From NCBI GenBank assembly GCA_041651535.1, contig JBAZIZ010000003.1, positions 19,357 through 83,356 on the forward strand: 64,000 nt of DNA. Direction: 5' to 3'. Below the pieces are notes generated by a model. The model ran no database searches. It had not been told where the DNA came from and worked only from the letters and a program-made list of their open reading frames with translations. Source of the stretch: Patescibacteria group bacterium (lineage in GTDB: Bacteria; Patescibacteriota; Patescibacteriia; Magasanikbacterales; UBA922). The position numbers and the translations under genes are program-made. Below, piece by piece: positions 56,561 to 64,000 of the stretch (its first letter is position 1; each line of letters starts with the position of its first letter).

Positions 56561-56632
56561 GCTTCTGTGGTGAAATGGATATCACGCTTGGCTTCGGACC
56601 AAGTATTCCGGGTTCGAATCCTGGCGGGAGCA
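56561..56632 (+). tRNA. tRNA-Arg (anticodon UCG)
   Basis: Manual cloverleaf: acceptor GCTTCTG/CGGGAGC, D arm GTGA-AATGGATA-TCAC, anticodon stem CTTGG/CCAAG with loop CUUCGGA, T arm CCGGG-TTCGAAT-CCTGG. Confidence 0.75.
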
Positions 56633-56635
56633 CAA

Positions 56636-56669
56636 AAAAACTTCTTAAATATAGAAGTTTTTTTATTTT
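56636..56669. terminator. hairpin aacttcttaaatatagaagtt plus T-run after the tRNA pair (convergent with the RND gene stop)
   Basis: Perfect 8-bp stem followed by tttttttattttttattttt. Confidence 0.45.
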
Positions 56670-59600
56670 TTATTTTTGACTGAATTTTTGATAAATAACT
56701 GGCAAGACAACAAGAGTCAAAACTGTTGAAAACGAAAGACCAAAAACTATTGCATAACCAAGCGGCCCCCAAGTTGGATCAGACATTGCCAAAGGTATCA
56801 TACCAAGCACGGTTGTAATAGTCGTCAAAATAATTGGACGTAATCTGGAATGTCCTCCATCTTTTATAGCATCGTCAAGATTGAAACCCTTTTCTCTATT
56901 CACATTTATTTTTTCAATTAAAATAATCGCATTTTTAACTACAATTCCTACTAAAGCAACTATTCCAATTGCACCGGGAAAACTAAGTGGTTGTCCCATA
57001 AAAACTAATCCTGGTAATACACCAATTAAGGCTAAAGGTACAGTAACTAAAATAAATAAAGTTTGTTTAAAAGAATTAAATTGTAAAACTAATAAAATAC
57101 TAATTAAAATAATTCCCAAAATCATTGATCTGAAAATATCTTGAAAAGATTCTGCCATATCTTCATTTTCTCCACCATATTTTATAGTATAACCTTCTGG
57201 TAAAACAATATTATTTTTTATTTCTTTTTTAGCTTGATTAAAAATATCTTGCGATGTCTTTCCTTCTTCAATATCACCAACTATTTCCATGATTCTATTT
57301 CCATCTTCATGTTGTATTAAAGAACGACTAAAATCAAGATTACTTTTTATAAAAGAAGCAATTGGTATATTACCTTGACTACTAGCAATTGTTATTGATT
57401 CAATATTATTCAAATCAATTTGTTTATTGCTCATTCCATCATTTATTCCATCTAAATCATATTTTACTAAAACGTTTATTTCCTGACCATCTTTGCGAAT
57501 TACAGTTGCATCTACTCCAGCGATAGCACTTCGTAAAACAGAAGCAATTTGTGAAGTGGAAATTCCATACATTTGAGCTTTTACTCTATCAATTTCCAAA
57601 ACAAATTCTCCAGGTGAATCTTGATTAGAAAAACGAACACTTCGAGTACCTGGTATATTTTCAACTATCTGTTTAATCTGTAAAGAAATTTCATCCAAAA
57701 TTTCTAAATCTTGGCCTTGAACTGAAATTGATATTGGATCAGAACTTGGTGGACCCATCATATCTTGAGTCAATTCATACTCAATACCATCAATATTTTT
57801 AAGTTCTTCATTATATTTTTCAATAAAATTCAGACTGCCGTAATTTCTTTTTTGTTTTAAATTAACTACAATTCCAGCGTAATTACTATTTCCCGAACTA
57901 TTTGAACTTAAAACACTGCCCCCACTCGTCTTTGAACCAATATTAGTCAAAAATGACTCTACATTTTCATCTGCTAAAAGTAAATCTTCAATTTCAGTAA
58001 TTTTTTGACTAGTCATTTCTAATGGTGTTCCAGCTGGTAATTGAAAATTCATGTAAACTTTTGGTTCATTACCTGTTGGAAACATACTTACTTTTAAAAC
58101 TCCGCCTATAGGCAAAGCTAAACTTAAAATAAAAGCAATTGAAACTATCCGCAACAATTTTTTTGATTTTTTTTGGTCTGCAAGTAAAGAACTAATCAGA
58201 CTATCATATTTTTCATTTATATTATCCATCATTTTTTCTTTCCAATTTTTTTGATTTTCTAAAATTTGTTTTTGTTTTTTTTGTTCTGGTTCAAAAGGAG
58301 TTTGCCAAGAATCTTCAATATTAATATCTTTTTTATCTTTAAAAAGTAAAGCTCCGAATGTTGGTATCAAAGCTAAAGCAACAAAAAGAGAAGAAATTAA
58401 AACAGCACTGATTGTAATCGGAATACTTACCATAAATTTTCCGATTACCCCACTGACACCTAACAAAGGTAAAAAGGCAAAAACCGTTGTTAAAGTTCCG
58501 GCAACTAAAACCCATTGATATTCTTTAACTGAAGCCATACAGGCTTCCTTCACTTTCATTCCTTTATTTAAATTAACATTTATACCCTCGGCTACCACAA
58601 TTGCATTATCTACTAAAATTCCCAAAGATAAAATCAAACAAAATAAAGTTAAAAAATTTAATGTATAACCTGCGACTGACAAAAAAATAAAAGACATCAA
58701 AAAGGTAGTTGGCACTGACAAACCAGCCAACAAAGCTTCACGCCAACCTAAAAATAAAAACAATAAAACTACTACTATAATTACAGTTTCAATTCCATTC
58801 ACAAATAAATTAGACAAATCATTTTTTATATCTTGTCCAGCATTTTTACTAAAATCAAAACTTAAATCATCAGGGTATTCACTTTTTATTTTATCTAATT
58901 TAGACAATACACTATCAATAATTCTGATTGTATCTCCACCGCTAGTTTTATATAAATTTAAAGAAATTGCTGTCTTGGTTTCTTCTCCATTTTTACTTAA
59001 TCTTGACAATGTTTGTAATTCAGAATAATCACTGTAAACATTAGCAACATCTTTAAGTAAAATTGCTGTATTAGAAATGTTAGCAATAGGAATTGTTTTA
59101 ACTTCATCAATATTCAAAAGACGCCCAGCAAATCTAACTGTATATTCCATACCAGAACTTTCAATCGAACCAGCTGGAACATCACTATTAGCTGAACCAA
59201 TTGCTTGTACTACTCCTAAAAGAGAAAGTCCATAATTATCTAATTTAGCTTTATCGATTATAACTTTTATTTCTTCATCTTGCCCACCTAAAACATCAAC
59301 AGAACTTATACCAGAAACTATTTCAATTTCATTTTTAATATCATCGGCATAATTTTTTATTTCCGAACGAGAATAAGGGCCACTTATAGAAAAAGTCAAA
59401 ATCGGTTCATCATCCAAACTGATTTGTTTAACTGTAGGATCTTTAGCATCATCAGGCAAATCGCTTTTTACTTCATCAATCTTGTCTTTTAAATCATTTA
59501 TTTTTTCTTGTGCATCAGCATTAGCATCAAATTGAACAAATATAAATGATAAACTATTTTTTGATTGAGAAGTTAACTCTTCAACATCATCTAAACTTTT

Positions 59601-59828
59601 AATTTTATCTTCTATCGGTTGTGTCACAAGTTCTTCGACATCAGCTGCATTTGCTCCAGGAAACACAGTTACAACTACAGCGTACGGTATTTCAACTTCT
59701 GGCATTGATTCTTTAGGTAATCTAATTATAGAAAATAATCCAAAAATCAAAAGAATTAGAACTATCAAAAAAGTAAACCTGTATTTATGGACAAAAAAAT
59801 CCCAAATTGTATTATTTTGTTTGTTCAT
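56670..59828 (-). CDS. RND-family efflux transporter permease (AcrB/MMPL-like)
   Basis: 1052 aa; 12-TM topology with two large extracytoplasmic loops; N-terminal MNKQNNTIWDFFVHKYRFTFLIVLIL typical of AcrB-like proteins. Confidence 0.8.
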   Translation of the reverse strand: MNKQNNTIWDFFVHKYRFTFLIVLILLIFGLFSIIRLPKESMPEVEIPYAVVVTVFPGANAADVEELVTQPIEDKIKSLDDVEELTSQSKNSLSFIFVQFDANADAQEKINDLKDKIDEVKSDLPDDAKDPTVKQISLDDEPILTFSISGPYSRSEIKNYADDIKNEIEIVSGISSVDVLGGQDEEIKVIIDKAKLDNYGLSLLGVVQAIGSANSDVPAGSIESSGMEYTVRFAGRLLNIDEVKTIPIANISNTAILLKDVANVYSDYSELQTLSRLSKNGEETKTAISLNLYKTSGGDTIRIIDSVLSKLDKIKSEYPDDLSFDFSKNAGQDIKNDLSNLFVNGIETVIIVVVLLFLFLGWREALLAGLSVPTTFLMSFIFLSVAGYTLNFLTLFCLILSLGILVDNAIVVAEGINVNLNKGMKVKEACMASVKEYQWVLVAGTLTTVFAFLPLLGVSGVIGKFMVSIPITISAVLISSLFVALALIPTFGALLFKDKKDINIEDSWQTPFEPEQKKQKQILENQKNWKEKMMDNINEKYDSLISSLLADQKKSKKLLRIVSIAFILSLALPIGGVLKVSMFPTGNEPKVYMNFQLPAGTPLEMTSQKITEIEDLLLADENVESFLTNIGSKTSGGSVLSSNSSGNSNYAGIVVNLKQKRNYGSLNFIEKYNEELKNIDGIEYELTQDMMGPPSSDPISISVQGQDLEILDEISLQIKQIVENIPGTRSVRFSNQDSPGEFVLEIDRVKAQMYGISTSQIASVLRSAIAGVDATVIRKDGQEINVLVKYDLDGINDGMSNKQIDLNNIESITIASSQGNIPIASFIKSNLDFSRSLIQHEDGNRIMEIVGDIEEGKTSQDIFNQAKKEIKNNIVLPEGYTIKYGGENEDMAESFQDIFRSMILGIILISILLVLQFNSFKQTLFILVTVPLALIGVLPGLVFMGQPLSFPGAIGIVALVGIVVKNAIILIEKINVNREKGFNLDDAIKDGGHSRLRPIILTTITTVLGMIPLAMSDPTWGPLGYAIVFGLSFSTVLTLVVLPVIYQKFSQK

Positions 59829-61575
59829 ATGTTTTTATATTTACTTTTTGTCCAATATTTAACCCTTTAACTGCAGAAACTATTTTGTCATTAGTTTCTA
59901 AACCTTTATTTATTTCAACAGTATCACCTAATATATTACTAATTTCAACTTCTTTTTCTTGAATTAGATTATTTTCATCAACAAAAAAAACTGTTTTTTT
60001 ATTTTCATAAATTTTAACAGCAGCTAAAGGTAAAATATATTTTTGAGTTTCAGAAAAATTTACTACTGATATTTTAATGTTGGCATATTGACCAATTGTT
60101 AAATCATTTTCTAAATCAGTTATTGCCACTATAACTTCTATTTTTTTACTAACTGAATCAATACTTGGAGCGATTTTACTCACTAAACCTTTATATTTAT
60201 CTTCAATTAAGACTTCATTACCTACAGCAATTAAACTTTTTTCTTTTTGATTAATAAAAACTTTTACTTGCATACCCTCTTTGTTAACAACACCAGTTAT
60301 AATATTACCAGCAGACACAAAATCACCATTTTTATACGGCATACTTGAAATTATACCTGCAAATGGTGCTCTGATTATTGATTTGTTATAAAGAGTCTGT
60401 ACCTGAGAAACATTTGCTTTTAGAGCTGCTAAATCAACTTCACGAGGATTAGCTTTTATTTTTTCCAAAGCTGCCAAAGCTTGATTATAAGCTGTTTCTT
60501 TTATTTGAATTGTGCTTTTTGCTGTCGCTTTTATATCTGATAAATCTTTGACAGCTTTTTCATAAGCTAAATTATAAGTATTTAAACTATTACCACTAGA
60601 ATTTTCACCTTGTTTGGCTGATGTTAAAGTATTTTTTATTTCACTAACTGCTGATCTGGCAGAAATTATGCTACTTTTAAAACCATTTAAAGTTGTTAAG
60701 CTCAAATTTCCTACAGCTGTACTAGCATCAAGCATTGTTTGTACATCAAACAGATGGGAACTTAAACTGTCTAAAGCTTCAATCGCTTTATTTGTCACCA
60801 GACTAATTTGTTCATCTGAACTTTCTTTATTTATTTTTTCCATTGTTAAATTAAATTCTTGTTTTAAATTTTTTGTTTTAACATAACTTTCTTCTGATTT
60901 ATCAACAGTGGCGGTATTTAAAACACCTAAATAATCTTCAAAAGAATCGTTAGCAATATCGTTATCAACCCCAATAATATTATCAGAAGCAGTCAATCCA
61001 ACTGACAAAACCGAATCAACACTTTGTAAAACATTATATAAAGTATCACCGCCTAAATTTAAATTATTTTCTGCTAATTTAAGAGCCATTTCGTAAGAAT
61101 TAATTGTTTGGTTAAGACTGTTTTTTGTATTTTCCAAATCAGCTTTGGCAAGTTCAACAGCAGTTTCATAAATTTTTATATCTTCAGCACTAGAACCAGC
61201 GACTCGCAAGTCAAGAACAGCTTGAGTTTGTGCTAACTGAGCGGCTAAAGTAGAATTATCAAGTTCCATTATTATTTGTCCTTGATTTACATTATCACCA
61301 ATATTAAAATTAATTTTTTTTATTTTAGCTGAAAGTTCAGAACGAATATCTAATTGTTCTAAAGACTCTACTTTACCTGTCGCATAAACATAATTATTAT
61401 CTTGATAATTACCCACATTTAAAATTTCAACATTTTTTAAAGTTTCTCCAGTATCTTTTTTGAAATTAAACTTTGCCTCCACAATTCGATAAACAAAAAC
61501 ACATAAAATCAAAATACCCAAAATGTAAATAATTTTAGTTTTAGTTTTATTTTTACTAAAAAAATTTTTTATCAT
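59812..61575 (-). CDS. efflux periplasmic adaptor (membrane-fusion protein, HlyD-like) with an unusually long coiled coil
   Basis: N-terminal TM, long alpha-helical hairpin, beta-barrel/lipoyl-like segments (IIRAPFAGIIS). Overlaps the RND gene start by 17 nt. Confidence 0.7.
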   Translation of the reverse strand: MIKNFFSKNKTKTKIIYILGILILCVFVYRIVEAKFNFKKDTGETLKNVEILNVGNYQDNNYVYATGKVESLEQLDIRSELSAKIKKINFNIGDNVNQGQIIMELDNSTLAAQLAQTQAVLDLRVAGSSAEDIKIYETAVELAKADLENTKNSLNQTINSYEMALKLAENNLNLGGDTLYNVLQSVDSVLSVGLTASDNIIGVDNDIANDSFEDYLGVLNTATVDKSEESYVKTKNLKQEFNLTMEKINKESSDEQISLVTNKAIEALDSLSSHLFDVQTMLDASTAVGNLSLTTLNGFKSSIISARSAVSEIKNTLTSAKQGENSSGNSLNTYNLAYEKAVKDLSDIKATAKSTIQIKETAYNQALAALEKIKANPREVDLAALKANVSQVQTLYNKSIIRAPFAGIISSMPYKNGDFVSAGNIITGVVNKEGMQVKVFINQKEKSLIAVGNEVLIEDKYKGLVSKIAPSIDSVSKKIEVIVAITDLENDLTIGQYANIKISVVNFSETQKYILPLAAVKIYENKKTVFFVDENNLIQEKEVEISNILGDTVEINKGLETNDKIVSAVKGLNIGQKVNIKTYEQTK

Positions 61576-61580
61576 ATAAA

Positions 61581-62171
61581 TTATTTATTAAATATTAAAA
61601 AACAAATTTTATCAATTAATTCTTTTGAATCTAATTTTTGATTATTTTGAAAAACATATTCATAAATAAAAGGATTAAGTGTAGAAAAAAGCACTAAAGT
61701 CACTGTCCGATGATCAACTTTTCCTGTTATATTTTTATATTTGATTATTTCTTCTGATAAGGGTTTGAATATTTCGATAACATCTTCTCTAGCTTGGGAG
61801 AAAAATTTTTCAAAATGTTTATGATGTCTGCCAATTCTTTTTGAAATAATTTTCAAAAAACTATTTTTATTTAAAATAAAAAAATCAAAAACAATTGCTA
61901 AAATTTTCCCTGTTTTGTCTCGTACATTTTTTTGTCTAAATTCTTCGGTTTTAAACAATTCTGTAATTTTTTCTTTAAAAAAACTATAATTTTTATTTAA
62001 AATAAATAGATATAAATCATTTTTATTTTTAAAATGATAGTAAAGAGCTGCTTTTGTCACATTGGCAGACTTGGCAATACTACTCATGGAAACTGAATCA
62101 TATTCATCATGAAAAAAAAGTTTTTGAGCAGCAATAACAATATTATCAATGTGATTATTTTTATTAGCCAT
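61581..62171 (-). CDS. TetR/AcrR-family transcriptional regulator
   Basis: N-terminal HTH SMSSIAKSANVTKAALYYHFKNKNDLY. Confidence 0.8.
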   Translation of the reverse strand: MANKNNHIDNIVIAAQKLFFHDEYDSVSMSSIAKSANVTKAALYYHFKNKNDLYLFILNKNYSFFKEKITELFKTEEFRQKNVRDKTGKILAIVFDFFILNKNSFLKIISKRIGRHHKHFEKFFSQAREDVIEIFKPLSEEIIKYKNITGKVDHRTVTLVLFSTLNPFIYEYVFQNNQKLDSKELIDKICFLIFNK

Positions 62172-62356
62172 ATTAAAAAATATTTATATTTACTAACCGA
62201 ACGGTAAGTAAATATATCATTGTTTTAAAAAACAGTCAAACAGGGCTGTGTATAAATAAAAATAGTTAAAATTTATTAGAGATTCTTGACAAAAAAACAA
62301 AAATAAGCTAGTTTTAATTTAGCTAGTGCCCTTTTATAAAAATTGGAGGAAAAAAA

Positions 62357-62806
62357 ATGTTTGAGAAAAAAACAAGACTTACTGTCGAAGAAATTTCGAA
62401 ACTTGTATACCATAATCTGGAATACAAGTTTCAGGAAAAACTTTCTGGACCGGAAAAACCGAAAAAGGAAAGGAGAAAAAAAATTTTTTATCAGAAAATT
62501 TGTGAGCCAATTGCTCACAACCTGATTAAAAACGACAGTTCAATTCCGATATTGGACTTCAAAATTTTTTCAAAAATTCTTGAAGAACTGGGCGTGTTTT
62601 CAATTCTCGGAATCGAAGAAAAAATGGTTGCCAATGAAATGGCGACTATAATCTTCGACGAATGGTACAACAACTTTTTTCCAGAAGATCCCTATAGAGT
62701 TTTCTGGAATATGGTACTTTCTGCCGAGTGTCTGGCAGAAAAATTTAACATGAAAGCAATTGAGGTGGTTGCGGAAATGTTCCCTATTAAAGCACCAAAA
62801 ATTTAG
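62357..62806 (+). CDS. hypothetical protein
   Basis: 149-aa ORF with GGAGG RBS 8 nt upstream, followed by a hairpin terminator. Confidence 0.4.
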   Translation: MFEKKTRLTVEEISKLVYHNLEYKFQEKLSGPEKPKKERRKKIFYQKICEPIAHNLIKNDSSIPILDFKIFSKILEELGVFSILGIEEKMVANEMATIIFDEWYNNFFPEDPYRVFWNMVLSAECLAEKFNMKAIEVVAEMFPIKAPKI

Positions 62807-62811
62807 TCCAC

Positions 62812-62848
62812 CCCCCTAACTCTCGCAGACGCGAGGGTTATTTTATTA
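62812..62848. terminator. hairpin ccctaactctcgcagacgcgagggtta plus T-run between convergent genes
   Basis: CTCGC/GCGAG core stem extended by CCCT/AGGG, followed by ttttattatt. Confidence 0.4.
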
Positions 62849-63544
62849 TTAGAGTTGTGTTATCTCAATATCTGAAAAATTATCTTTTTGTTTAAGATAA
62901 ATATTTTTTGTTTTAACTAATTCAAGAATCGCTAAAAAACTAACAATAATTTCTGTTTTATTTTTATCATTATTTAAAATTTGAGAAAAATTTATTTTTT
63001 TTTGTTTTTTCAAAAAATCTCTAATCGCAGTTATTTTATCTTTTAAAAGAATAGTTCTGTCTATACTTGTTTTTGGTAAAGGTTTTGGTGGTTTAATTTT
63101 AAACAAAACTTTTTCCATTGTTTTTTGTAAAGCAAACAAAGACAAATTTTCAGGTAAAAAAAATTCATTTGTTTTTTTTGCTGGTTCTAATCTGGATACA
63201 GCTTTTTTATCAGCTAACCATTTTTTATTTATTTCACGGCTAAGCTCTAAATATTTTTTATATAATTTAAGCTGTTCTTCTAGATTACTCTCGTCTTCTT
63301 CTTCAGGCATAAATTGTGGTAAAATCGCTTTTGACTTCAAAAGTAAAAGCCGACTAGCCAAAACCAAAAAATCAGCCAATTCTTCTGCTTGGATTTCTTC
63401 CATTTTTTCTAAATAATCTAAATAATTTTCAGTAACAGCTGAAATTGAAATTTCACTAATTTCCATTTTCTTTTCATCAATTAAAGAAAGAAGAAGATCA
63501 AAAGGTCCACTAAAATTTTTAAAATTTACGTTAAAACTATTCAT
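62849..63544 (-). CDS. scpA: segregation and condensation protein A
   Basis: FSGPFDLLLSLIDEKKMEISEISISAVTENYLDYL ScpA N-terminal signature. Confidence 0.8.
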   Translation of the reverse strand: MNSFNVNFKNFSGPFDLLLSLIDEKKMEISEISISAVTENYLDYLEKMEEIQAEELADFLVLASRLLLLKSKAILPQFMPEEEDESNLEEQLKLYKKYLELSREINKKWLADKKAVSRLEPAKKTNEFFLPENLSLFALQKTMEKVLFKIKPPKPLPKTSIDRTILLKDKITAIRDFLKKQKKINFSQILNNDKNKTEIIVSFLAILELVKTKNIYLKQKDNFSDIEITQL

Positions 63545-64000
63545 ATTTTTTCTTTTTATTGTAAAAATGTATTACCAGCAAATCTTTTAAAATAAAAAAC
63601 CCATGTTTAAAAAAAGAAACTCCCCCCCGATTTATTAAACATTTTTCTTTTATTATAACAGGTAATTCCTTTTTTTTAAAATTATTTTTTTCAGCAAGTA
63701 AAAATATTTCTAAATCAAACACCCAACGGCCAGTTTTAATTTTAGAAAAAATTATTTCAGCACTATTTTTATCAAAAATCTTTAATCCACATTGAGTATC
63801 AGTATATTTTTTTAATTCTGTTGGCAAAAATAAACGAAAAATTTTACTCATAATTTTTCGATAAAATTTATATTGACGAGCTTTATTTATTTTTCTGTTA
63901 CCAAAGATAAAATTATAATTTTCAAAATTCGTACTTTGATTTAAAAAATCCAAACCATAAGGCAATTCAATATCAGTAAAAGCAAAAAAATCAAATTCTT
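63537..64000 (-). CDS. GT2-family polyprenyl-phosphate glycosyltransferase, C-terminal part (gene continues past the window end)
   Basis: YTDTQCGLKIF is the DxQCG(F/L)K motif of DPM1/ArnC/GtrB-like GT2 enzymes. The frame stays open to position 64000. Confidence 0.55.
   Translation of the reverse strand, partial: EFDFFAFTDIELPYGLDFLNQSTNFENYNFIFGNRKINKARQYKFYRKIMSKIFRLFLPTELKKYTDTQCGLKIFDKNSAEIIFSKIKTGRWVFDLEIFLLAEKNNFKKKELPVIIKEKCLINRGGVSFFKHGFFILKDLLVIHFYNKKKKYE

Noticed and set aside
56557-56772. 71-aa minus-strand ORF overlapping tRNA-Arg
   Set aside because: It overlaps a well-formed tRNA cloverleaf and its terminator on the opposite strand, so it is spurious.

Overview
This is a very AT-rich bacterial chromosomal window, densely coded and mostly on the minus strand. 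Compact housekeeping genes with few recognisable Shine-Dalgarno sequences suggest a reduced-genome (CPR/Patescibacteria-like) lineage; that assignment is inference. Core content includes nusA, yebC, queA, mltG, tyrS, valS and a glycolysis cluster (gap, pgk, eno and two tandem phosphoglycerate-mutase paralogs). It also carries ruvC, trpS, RNase J, secG, tsf, rpsB, rsmA, tsaC, rpmF-nusB-rnc, tRNA-Lys and tRNA-Arg, a TetR-regulated RND efflux operon and scpA. Three accessory loci stand out. (1) A complete diversity-generating retroelement at 6.3-9.0 kb: a 122-bp TR, a 122-bp VR at the C-terminus of a target gene with 19 mismatches all at TR adenines, an Avd four-helix-bundle gene and a reverse transcriptase with the IGxxxSQ motif. 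Avd and the RT are divergent, which is unusual. (2) A RiPP-like cluster at 36.3-38.2 kb: a radical-SAM/SPASM enzyme, an unannotated 52-aa Cys/Asp-rich precursor peptide and an HExxH protein. (3) A 2974-aa Cys-rich giant secreted protein at 42.2-51.1 kb. Its last ~370 bp recur downstream as promoter-preceded orphan cassettes: one exact copy inside a 541-bp identity block, one with a variant tail, and one truncated remnant. These are interleaved with paralogous acidic lipoprotein genes, suggesting C-terminal cassette switching or a polymorphic-toxin/immunity-like arrangement. Other notable points: a recurring terminator module and an extended -10 promoter motif; a pair of structured intergenic repeats; a consensus-promoter sRNA candidate; an orphan MazF-like gene; a metal-site-deficient iPGM paralog; and a higher-GC two-gene island.
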